From sequence record MZ475892.1: a stretch of DNA of 64,000 nt; one strand, 5' to 3'. This document shows, in pieces, positions 1 through 7,716 of the stretch (the stretch's first letter is position 1; the number at the start of each line of letters is the position of its first letter). The translations under genes and the position numbers were made by a program. The notes beneath the pieces were generated by a model that had not been told where the DNA came from, ran no database searches, and saw only the letters and a program-made list of their open reading frames with translations.

Positions 1-323
1 GCCAGAGAACCTGCAAAGTTTTTAGTGATAGCTGTTGTGCGCACAGAGAGGAAACGAGAAATCTCCTGGCCACCAGCGTAACGCTTGAGCACGTTCATGC
101 CCAAGTCGTATGGGTTGTATGATTGTAGTTGATTAACCCACTTTGCTCGCACTTGGCTATACACGTATAAGCCAGGCTGGTTAGCACCAGACACAGCAGT
201 CAGGTTCCACACGCGGCCGTTAGTCGGGCTAGCAGGGAAAGTTGGGCCAGAAGAATTGGGATCACCTGGGGCGCGAACAATCTGAGAGTTCACACCTGCA
301 AGCTGTAGACCGTAAGATAACAT
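1..323 (-). CDS. Virion structural/fibre-associated protein, truncated by the window edge
   Basis: Translated by hand (not in the ORF track): ATG at 323 with SD TAAGGAG, MLSYGLQLAGVNSQIVRAPGDPNSSGPTFPASPTNGRVWNLT..., open to position 1. Has a P-x-x-P-x-x-G-x-x-W linker typical of phage fibre proteins. Confidence 0.65.
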   Translation of the reverse strand, partial: MLSYGLQLAGVNSQIVRAPGDPNSSGPTFPASPTNGRVWNLTAVSGANQPGLYVYSQVRAKWVNQLQSYNPYDLGMNVLKRYAGGQEISRFLSVRTTAITKNFAGSL

Positions 324-334
324 CAGTATTCTCC

Positions 335-556
335 TTAGGCGATTCGCACTTCACCAGTCACCGCGTACGGGAAGGTAATCTTAACAGTGTCCGAGTCAAC
401 GATGACTACATCCAGCGGCAGCACTTGATGTAACTTACCATCAGGTTGCATAGTGCAAGTAGTCACGGCGACAGGACGCCCGAAGTTGTGCAGAATCGTC
501 CATTCAGAAGCAGGCGTGTCTTGCTTGAAGCTACGCCCCATCGAATAGTTGAGCAT
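335..556 (-). CDS. Small virion protein, single W-x-I-x-HNxG beta module
   Basis: 73 aa; WTILHNFGRP...LPLDVVIVDSDTVKITF matches modules in neighbouring genes. Confidence 0.65.
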   Translation of the reverse strand: MLNYSMGRSFKQDTPASEWTILHNFGRPVAVTTCTMQPDGKLHQVLPLDVVIVDSDTVKITFPYAVTGEVRIA

Positions 557-577
557 AAGAGCCTCGCGATTGTGGCG

Positions 578-1174
578 TTAGTACAGGATTACAGTGCCAG
601 ACTCAGGATTGTCGAAGGTAATCGTCAACTGGCTGGTGCTGTCATGCACGATAGACTTAGGCTGTACTTCGTTCGCACCTTGATAGATACGCACCGCAGG
701 GTTATAACCGAGATTATGCACAACAACCCACGTAGCCAGATTCTCATAAGATGCAGTGAATGCAACGGTAGGAGTAGGCAGACCTGACTCAACGCCAGAC
801 AACAGTACAGCAGTACCGGCCACGGCAGAAGGGAAGAGGACAACGATGTTGTTAGCATCATCAGCGTGAATTGAAGATGGCTGCACCACGTCACCATTCT
901 CATCGTAGCACTGTACGATAGGCGTAGCGGTATTCATCTTGTGGTTAATCTCCCAACGAGACGAGGCAGTAGGTTGCGAGTAGCGAACCATAGTCATCTG
1001 TTGAGTTAATGGAACCCAGACAGGAACATCTTCGATAGACACGCAGAACATCAGACGCTTGTCCATGAAGATAGCCATACCAGGCTTAGGGTTAAGAGGC
1101 CAGTCAGTCGCTACGTCAAACGCGAAGTTAGCAAGTGAGCCAAACTCTAAATCAAGAGTCCCTAGGACTTTCAT
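578..1174 (-). CDS. Virion protein with two HNxG-type modules
   Basis: 198 aa, SD AGGAG; tandem repeats RWEINHKMN... and TWVVVHNLG... Confidence 0.7.
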   Translation of the reverse strand: MKVLGTLDLEFGSLANFAFDVATDWPLNPKPGMAIFMDKRLMFCVSIEDVPVWVPLTQQMTMVRYSQPTASSRWEINHKMNTATPIVQCYDENGDVVQPSSIHADDANNIVVLFPSAVAGTAVLLSGVESGLPTPTVAFTASYENLATWVVVHNLGYNPAVRIYQGANEVQPKSIVHDSTSQLTITFDNPESGTVILY

Positions 1175-1194
1175 AAATCTTTCTCCTGAGAGGT

Positions 1195-1224
1195 AAAAGG
1201 GGCAGGCAGAAGCCCACCCCTTTT
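1195..1224 (-). terminator. Rho-independent terminator
   Basis: - strand GGGGTGGGC-TTCT-GCCTGCCCC-TTTT just after the stop at 1238. Confidence 0.75.
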
Positions 1225-1237
1225 GTTTGTGTCGTTA

Positions 1238-2857
1238 TTACTCAGCCGGAGTATAAGCGTTCGCACCAGTAACGAATGCGATTGCCACTTTCTTCTCGGT
1301 GGTCAGTTCAACACGCAGCGTGTTAGCGTCAACAAACACGACCTCATCAGGGATGATCTGATAGCCGGTATCATCAACGACGGTAACGGTACCGTATTTG
1401 ACGCCTGCATTGTGTGCGAAGGTGTGAGTGGTATTAGCCACGTCACCGCTTGCAGTTTTGTCGTACTGGTACAGCTTAGCAGCAGAACCGCTTGAGCCAG
1501 CAGCAATCGCATCGTCAACATATTTCTTGCTGACAACAGACTCATCAACCAGCGCTTCGGTGCCGGTCAGAGTAAGGGCTTCGACAGCGCCGCCTTCACC
1601 AGCGATGAAACCAGCGCTTTTTAAGGCGTCTTGGTCCACGATGATTTTGCTGTTGGTAGTGTCCTGTTTCAGGCCAGTACCCAGAGCAGCACCTGCGATC
1701 TGCGCATAACCAACGCCACCGTCAGTGATTGCCAGACCATCAGCAGTACGTGACAGAGTAGCGCCGTCCAGCTTAACGCGAGTAGCACCAGCGTTATCCT
1801 CCAGGCCACCAGCAGCGTCCAGCTTAGCAGTAACAGCGTTGCCTGTAATTTCGATACCAGCACCAGTAACCACGTTAACGACGTTAGCAGCTTTCTCCAA
1901 ACCGTTACCGGCGTTGAAGTCAGAAGCGCCGCCGAAGGTAGTCCACTGAGTAGCGTCGAAGCGACGGTATTCTTTGATGCTCTTAACCCACGTTACAGCA
2001 CCACCAGCTTCGCTGTCGGCTGGGTTGAATACAACAACGAACGCAGTGCCATTGTAACGCACGATAGCGTTATCAACCAGGCCGCTGATAGTACCGAAGT
2101 TCGGGTTAACAGTGTCTGCATCGAGGATGATGTACTGCTTACCGTTCTCCAGCACAGGGTCGAGGGTGCCGTCAGTCTGAATGTCATCAGAATCGTGCAG
2201 CCAATCGATACCAGCGATAGCGTTGTCAATGTCGATCTTACGAGCGGCATCGTTCGCGTTTGCAGGCGCGGCCAGGTTGGTGATGGTGTTACCGTCAGCG
2301 TTCAGGTCACCAGTCAGAACACCAGCGCCTGCGTCCAGCTTACCTGCCAGAGCAGTTTCGTTGGCGTCAGATTTGTTCTTGACTGCGGTGATCTGAGTCT
2401 GGATAGAAGAGGTAGCACCCTTCAAATAACCCAGTTCAGTTGCAGTAACATCGCTGGTTTCCAGAGTGCTGTCAGCGCCTGCAAACACAACGGCGTTTTC
2501 AGTCAGGCCAGACAGTTTATCCTGCTTACCACTGATAACGGTTTCAACGTGCTTCTTACTAACAGCAGCGTTATCTTCTGACGCGCTCTGGTCTGGACCA
2601 GACAGCAGCAGATCGGCAGTCATGGCTACGGTACCGTCAGCGAGGATAACACCCTCTACAGAACCACCGCCTTCACCCAGCTCTTTGATTGCCGTACCGT
2701 CGAAGTATTTATACTTCTTGTCTGTGGTGTTATACCACATGCGCCCTTCCTGTGCGGCAACCAAGTCACCTACAGCAGGGTCAGCAGCAAGTTGTTCCGG
2801 ACGGAAGTTCTTGAGCTGGGCACCTAACATCAGTTCAATATTACCAGTACGCATCAT
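1238..2857 (-). CDS. Fibre-like virion structural protein
   Basis: 539 aa, G/A/D/T-rich. Has NDAARKIDID and VSKKYVD knots, AGNGL/AGAGI beta repeats and a C-terminal HNAG module. Confidence 0.7.
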   Translation of the reverse strand: MMRTGNIELMLGAQLKNFRPEQLAADPAVGDLVAAQEGRMWYNTTDKKYKYFDGTAIKELGEGGGSVEGVILADGTVAMTADLLLSGPDQSASEDNAAVSKKHVETVISGKQDKLSGLTENAVVFAGADSTLETSDVTATELGYLKGATSSIQTQITAVKNKSDANETALAGKLDAGAGVLTGDLNADGNTITNLAAPANANDAARKIDIDNAIAGIDWLHDSDDIQTDGTLDPVLENGKQYIILDADTVNPNFGTISGLVDNAIVRYNGTAFVVVFNPADSEAGGAVTWVKSIKEYRRFDATQWTTFGGASDFNAGNGLEKAANVVNVVTGAGIEITGNAVTAKLDAAGGLEDNAGATRVKLDGATLSRTADGLAITDGGVGYAQIAGAALGTGLKQDTTNSKIIVDQDALKSAGFIAGEGGAVEALTLTGTEALVDESVVSKKYVDDAIAAGSSGSAAKLYQYDKTASGDVANTTHTFAHNAGVKYGTVTVVDDTGYQIIPDEVVFVDANTLRVELTTEKKVAIAFVTGANAYTPAE

Positions 2858-2878
2858 GTTCTCCTAGTGCGTGGGGGA

Positions 2879-3622
2879 TTAGAAAAACTGACCGTCACAT
2901 TCACCAAGACTGCAACGCAGTTCCTGGTATGCAGCGATCCGTTGTTCAATTACATTAATAAACTTGTCATCAATATCATACTTCACACGAAGCGGAGCAT
3001 CATATCCTTCTAAGAGGCCGTGACGTCGATACGCATCTGCACGGAGCAGCGGTGCGCTAACGTGAGCACGTTCCATAATGCTTAAATCTATCTTATCGGC
3101 ATAGATGAACGGCCGCTCTCGTTTACACAGAAGGTAATCGATCTCGTGTAAATTAAAGAGTGTGAAATTCATATAGCCAATAATGAACTCCGCAATCAAA
3201 CGAAAACTATCTGCCATATCTGCACTCAGATTGTGAGCGAGTATGGGTTCTATGTGGGGTTGCAGTTCAGTACGCATGTCGTACCAAGCTTCACACAGAA
3301 CAGCAGGGAAGTCTTCAGGGTGAGCGGCCATAAGACCCATCACCCCTTTCTCCATATCTGCGAATGAGCTTAAAAGATTAGCGGTATCTTCAGGTGTTTC
3401 AATACCGCGACCCGTTGAAATGAACTGGCATTCAATTTCTCTCAACCAAGACTCGGACGCAGATAGGTATTGGAGAAGTGTCTCCCGAGCGCCAGCCGAA
3501 AACTCATGTCGGTCAGACTCAAGAGCCTGGTCCAACAAGAAGGCTTTAGCTTTGTAGAAGTCACTATAGCGCTCAGCGGTAAAGCGGCGGAACGCTATAT
3601 TATTTCTCAAATAGCCTATCAT
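2879..3622 (-). CDS. Hypothetical alpha-helical protein
   Basis: 247 aa; start overlaps the upstream stop by 4 nt. Confidence 0.6.
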   Translation of the reverse strand: MIGYLRNNIAFRRFTAERYSDFYKAKAFLLDQALESDRHEFSAGARETLLQYLSASESWLREIECQFISTGRGIETPEDTANLLSSFADMEKGVMGLMAAHPEDFPAVLCEAWYDMRTELQPHIEPILAHNLSADMADSFRLIAEFIIGYMNFTLFNLHEIDYLLCKRERPFIYADKIDLSIMERAHVSAPLLRADAYRRHGLLEGYDAPLRVKYDIDDKFINVIEQRIAAYQELRCSLGECDGQFF

Positions 3623-4122
3623 CGCAATTTCCTCAGATCATTCGACTCCGAAGCGCCTAAGCCGGGCGGAGCCGTATACAACGAACTGGAGAGGCTCTGC
3701 AATCTTAGCCCTAGCTTCTCTAGCTCATGTTGATTACCATCAAGACGGCCTAACACTTCACGCATTAGGTCAACTGACTCCTGATGGTCACGGGACTGCT
3801 GTGATATAATCCGCTCAAACCGCTGAACTGCTCGAAGAACTGAGTTCAATCCCTCTTTAAGATCTATATTGTCGACCTGCGTGGTTTCCGAAAACTCATT
3901 AAGGGCTTTGAGGACCTGCGCTAGTTCTGCTTCTAGTGACTCACCATCGAGCACTACGGGATTTGCTTCTAACTCGGCTAACTTCTCTTTGACCCGTTCA
4001 TAGTCCTGCATGTCGGGAATGACTTTCCACCAGTAAAAGCCAGCTCCTGCAATGAGAAGAACTACTGACAGGACAGTTGCGAAGTTGGACGCAAGCACTT
4101 GTCCTAGTATTTCAGCCCACAT
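3619..4122 (-). CDS. Membrane protein, N-terminal TM helix plus coiled coil
   Basis: FATVLSVVLLIAGAGFYWW followed by heptad-rich L/E/Q/R sequence. Confidence 0.6.
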   Translation of the reverse strand: MWAEILGQVLASNFATVLSVVLLIAGAGFYWWKVIPDMQDYERVKEKLAELEANPVVLDGESLEAELAQVLKALNEFSETTQVDNIDLKEGLNSVLRAVQRFERIISQQSRDHQESVDLMREVLGRLDGNQHELEKLGLRLQSLSSSLYTAPPGLGASESNDLRKLR

Positions 4123-4127
4123 TTCTT

Positions 4128-4412
4128 CTAACCCTTACAGGCTCGGTCATTGAGTTCGATAATAACTCGCTGTGCGCCTGGTTCGTTTACATCAGTGGTT
4201 TTATACGTGTGCGCCATCTTTGGCTTGAACTCTAAGCAGCTCTGTCCGTATCGTCCGTCAACGACGCAGATAGCAGACAGGCAGCTCACATCTTCCTTGA
4301 GGATTCTCGATTCAGGATCTGGGTTGACACTTCTAACGGCCGTGACAATAAGCGACACAAAGGCCAAGGCAATGCCAACCAAAATCACAATCTTGATTTT
4401 CCCGGCGTTCAT
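4128..4412 (-). CDS. Small membrane-anchored protein with a Cys-containing exported domain
   Basis: KIKIVILVGIALAFVSLIVTAV then a ~65-aa domain with 4 Cys. Confidence 0.6.
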   Translation of the reverse strand: MNAGKIKIVILVGIALAFVSLIVTAVRSVNPDPESRILKEDVSCLSAICVVDGRYGQSCLEFKPKMAHTYKTTDVNEPGAQRVIIELNDRACKG

Positions 4413-4443
4413 TTCGCTCTATCCAGTTGAATTTTGATAGGAG

Positions 4444-4451
4444 AAATTAGC
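4444..4451 (-). promoter_or_regulatory. GCTAATTT putative late promoter
   Basis: Exact motif, intergenic, 32 nt upstream of the ATG at 4412. Confidence 0.55.
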
Positions 4452-4473
4452 GACCGCGCAGATCCTAAACGGG

Positions 4474-5511
4474 TTATTCATCCAATACTCCACTTATATC
4501 TTGGAACATGTTTTTATACACGAGGCTACCTCCAAGTTTGTCCAGTCGTTCAATCGAAACATACATGTGCGGTTCTGTATTCACCTGTGCCCACTTGTTG
4601 TCTGTACTCAGGTTTTCCAAAGAAGGAATAAGAACGATGCTCAAGTTATCAGAAGCCCTAACGAAAGCCACATCGATATGATTCTTATTGATTCGAATGA
4701 TGTATCGGTTGATTGCGTCCAAACCAACCGTGCGATTGAACTCTACATCACTGACTGTATTCACCAAACTAATAAGGAAGCCTTTCGGGCGACTGTTTAT
4801 GTCGAACAGCGAACTCTTCAACTCAGAGAGGGTAGTAGCCGAGAAGTGTTGAACATCATGGCCCTTGCCTCTTAGACACTCACCCAAGATGCGACTCGAT
4901 TCAATGTGCGCGGTGTTGTCATCACGCATGATATAAATCGGTGCACCTCTGTTGTATGTGCGCTCGGTAATCTGCTGTATCAGGTCGCATGTAGGCTCCG
5001 TAACAGTAGACAGGCCTTTATACGCAATAACAAACTTGTCCTTGTACAGGTCGTAAATCTCAGGCGGCATGTACTTCATGTAATCATCATCAAGGCTCAA
5101 AATCAATCGAGGCTTAACGAGAGGAATCACAAGCTGCACAGACCGCAGAGCGTCCTTGTACTCCGTGTCCGATAGCACACGGTTTATAGGTAGGTACTGC
5201 ACAGTCACATACGGGTCAGAGCCTGTATCGACGATAGAGCGAACGGCTGTGCTGCCTACATTAGGACCTGCGGAGAACTGAGTGATAATCATCAAACTGT
5301 TTTGGCCTAAACCACCGCCACCAGCAACTGTAGTAGCACTACCATCTGCATTCTGGACTGTCTTAGAGCGCGTCAGCGTTGGCGCTACTCGGTCGTCTCG
5401 TCCGTTATCGGCATATACATTAACTGCGCAACACCAGAGACAGCTTCCAAGAACGTAAGCAGCAATACGTTGTCGGGATCTGCGTCTGCCGGGTTGACGG
5501 TGTCCGGCCAT
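4474..5511 (-). CDS. Exported protein resembling ABC substrate-binding (type I periplasmic-binding) domains
   Basis: SD AAAGGAG 7 nt before the ATG; signal-peptide-like N-terminus; KPRLILSLDDDYMKY...KFVIAY resembles the KPDxIIxxDDxA motif of ABC_sub_bind-type proteins (recognition by eye). Confidence 0.5.
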   Translation of the reverse strand: MAGHRQPGRRRSRQRIAAYVLGSCLWCCAVNVYADNGRDDRVAPTLTRSKTVQNADGSATTVAGGGGLGQNSLMIITQFSAGPNVGSTAVRSIVDTGSDPYVTVQYLPINRVLSDTEYKDALRSVQLVIPLVKPRLILSLDDDYMKYMPPEIYDLYKDKFVIAYKGLSTVTEPTCDLIQQITERTYNRGAPIYIMRDDNTAHIESSRILGECLRGKGHDVQHFSATTLSELKSSLFDINSRPKGFLISLVNTVSDVEFNRTVGLDAINRYIIRINKNHIDVAFVRASDNLSIVLIPSLENLSTDNKWAQVNTEPHMYVSIERLDKLGGSLVYKNMFQDISGVLDE

Positions 5512-6209
5512 AATACTTCTCCTTTCTCGTCAGTGACATAAGGAATACCGGCGCCTTTACCCAATCCATGACGTAAGGCCCATACGGTGTCGGCATTCTC
5601 TTGAACGAACACAAGACCATGCACCTGTGCTTTATCCCCTGTCTGCTCAAGCGCTGTCACACGACTATCGAGTAACTGCGTTTGCGATTGGAGAGCACGA
5701 ATCGATGCAAGGTTGGAGTTAACACGCGTGTTCATATTGTTGAACATGGTGAAGAAGCTGTTGTTCATCGCAGTACGGACGCTGTCCGTGTACGACTTAG
5801 GAATCAGCTCATTGCTGTCAAACGTTGTTGCGCCCGGTCGAACGAATACCTTACCTTGAAGTGTACCGCCGCTCGCACTGATAATCTGAGGTGCAGGCAG
5901 ATCAGCTGCATCCCAAGTCTGAACAGTGTTCATCACAGTAGCGTAGTCCGTTTCCTCCTGCCACGTATTCTTGTACGGGCTGGTGGCTGTTTTAGACTTG
6001 CGGCGTAACACTTTCTTGTAGCTGGCGTTGGCACCATCAGCAATGATCCAGAGACCGTTCAGAGGGAATGTATGCGTAACAGGTTCAGCAAACGCCAGTA
6101 TGATAATGACGTCCGCTCCTACCTTATACACAATATCATTCGACGCCGAAAGTCCCTGCTGTTGCGCAAGGCTTACGAGCGTGTCCACATAGTTAGTCAA
6201 CTGGCTCAT
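5385..6209 (-). CDS. Virion structural protein with coiled coil and C-terminal HGLG module
   Basis: 274 aa; LIPKSYTD knot, coiled coil, WALRHGLG...WPDTV module. Confidence 0.65.
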   Translation of the reverse strand: MSQLTNYVDTLVSLAQQQGLSASNDIVYKVGADVIIILAFAEPVTHTFPLNGLWIIADGANASYKKVLRRKSKTATSPYKNTWQEETDYATVMNTVQTWDAADLPAPQIISASGGTLQGKVFVRPGATTFDSNELIPKSYTDSVRTAMNNSFFTMFNNMNTRVNSNLASIRALQSQTQLLDSRVTALEQTGDKAQVHGLVFVQENADTVWALRHGLGKGAGIPYVTDEKGEVLWPDTVNPADADPDNVLLLTFLEAVSGVAQLMYMPITDETTE

Positions 6210-6669
6210 CCGAAACTCCTAAGGTTTTTAGAATTGAAGAACTTCTATCGGAGAAGGCTTTTGCAATTGACTTAGCAGCAGCCTTATCGATAACGATTGT
6301 GCTGATAACGCCTTTGGTGTTGCATACGATTGTTTGAGGAGCGTAGTCAACACAAGCCAAGGCGAATAGCAGATGATTACCGAGTTCACCGCTGATACAA
6401 ACGTCTACGTCGAGGTCAGGCACGTAAACGTTCTGGTTAATCTCAGAAATAAACTGCGCCAGCGCAACGGGATCAAACTTAGGAGGCGCTGTATCGTATT
6501 CCGCAATCAAGTCAATCTGTTTGGTTGCGGGATCGTATTCAAATGCGTTAATGTCCGAGATGATACGACCAAAGAGTTCGTTGCTTACTTCAATGCAATA
6601 CTCATCAGACTTCTCACGGACGCGACCAACTACCTTGTTAGTCGCTGGGTTGATACGAATGATTGGCAT
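6193..6669 (-). CDS. Hypothetical protein, possibly a fibre assembly chaperone
   Basis: 158 aa, directly downstream of a collagen fibre gene; the function is positional inference. Confidence 0.5.
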   Translation of the reverse strand: MPIIRINPATNKVVGRVREKSDEYCIEVSNELFGRIISDINAFEYDPATKQIDLIAEYDTAPPKFDPVALAQFISEINQNVYVPDLDVDVCISGELGNHLLFALACVDYAPQTIVCNTKGVISTIVIDKAAAKSIAKAFSDRSSSILKTLGVSDEPVD

Positions 6670-6671
6670 AA

Positions 6672-7493
6672 TTAGTCGCCCTCTGCACTATACCAGAAGT
6701 CCCAGCCGACAACGTTTGTGCCAGTAGACTTAATGGTGAAGCCACCCAACAGGGCGTTCTCGTTCATCGCACTTGTACCATCCAGATTATATAGCTGGAA
6801 GGTCCGAGATTGATTGGTTGCAGTATTGACGAACGTGATTTGCACAGACACACAGCGGTTGATGAACGGGCTGTTGAAGATAACGTTAATCGTATCAGTA
6901 GTGGATGTATTCACCACACGACCAAAGTTCTTCGTGTAACCAGTGTTCAGATCGCGGTCGCTACCAATCCATGCGTTAGGAATAGGCTGACCTGTGATAG
7001 GGTCAAGCGCTTGTGCTACGAGATACTCATTGATAGCAGCATCGCGTCCTGCATTACCAGTAGGACCAGTTGGGCCTGTAGGACCCACACCCCCTGTGTT
7101 ACCTGTAGCGCCGACAGGCCCTGTGTTACCAGTAGGGCCTTGACGCCCACGCTGACCACGAGGGCCAGGGCAACCGTCTTCACCATCAGCACCATCACGA
7201 CCATCAGCACCAGGCAGACCACGTAGACCGTCTTTACCCTGCTTGCCTTCCTTGCCTGACTTCAACTGGTCGGCAGTAGGCAGACCAGGCACGGTGCTCT
7301 GACTACCGTCTGGCCATACAATAGTAAGCGTACCACTCACTGGGTCGAACTGTACGCCTTGTGATCCCGGAATGTTAGCTGCCTCTGTCGGGTCAATAAA
7401 CGCAACAGAGTTCAGCGTTTGTTTGCCGAGAACTTTACCGACAGGAAATGCACCGCCATCGATTAGTCCCGGACTTATTTTCTGCAAAGACAT
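6672..7493 (-). CDS. Collagen-like fibre protein 1
   Basis: 24 G-X-Y triplets (about 7041-7256) plus a C-terminal beta domain (INVIFNSPFINRCVSVQIT). Confidence 0.85.
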   Translation of the reverse strand: MSLQKISPGLIDGGAFPVGKVLGKQTLNSVAFIDPTEAANIPGSQGVQFDPVSGTLTIVWPDGSQSTVPGLPTADQLKSGKEGKQGKDGLRGLPGADGRDGADGEDGCPGPRGQRGRQGPTGNTGPVGATGNTGGVGPTGPTGPTGNAGRDAAINEYLVAQALDPITGQPIPNAWIGSDRDLNTGYTKNFGRVVNTSTTDTINVIFNSPFINRCVSVQITFVNTATNQSRTFQLYNLDGTSAMNENALLGGFTIKSTGTNVVGWDFWYSAEGD

Positions 7494-7503
7494 GGGCTAG
7501 CTC

Positions 7504-7707
7504 CTAACCAGTCAGTGTTGTCCAATCAGGTTGGCCTGATTGACCCGCTTCGGGATTCTTAACTTTCGTGTTGTTGATTGTCATACGAATCCAACGCACA
7601 GTACCGTCAGAATCCTGCCAGCGAATCTTCGTTCCACCGTATGCTAAATTAGCTACCCATCTGTCTCTGCTAGGGTCTTTGAAAGCAAGACGTGCATAAG
7701 CAGGCAT
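7504..7707 (-). CDS. Small hypothetical virion protein
   Basis: 67 aa, SD AGGAG; Trp-rich, similar in style to the N-terminus of 10634-12655. Confidence 0.55.
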   Translation of the reverse strand: MPAYARLAFKDPSRDRWVANLAYGGTKIRWQDSDGTVRWIRMTINNTKVKNPEAGQSGQPDWTTLTG

Positions 7708-7716
7708 AAGTTCTCC

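Noticed and set aside
7646-7653. Another exact GCTAATTT
   Set aside because: It lies within a CDS, about 150 nt from the next start, unlike the other sites; it may be chance, so it was not called.
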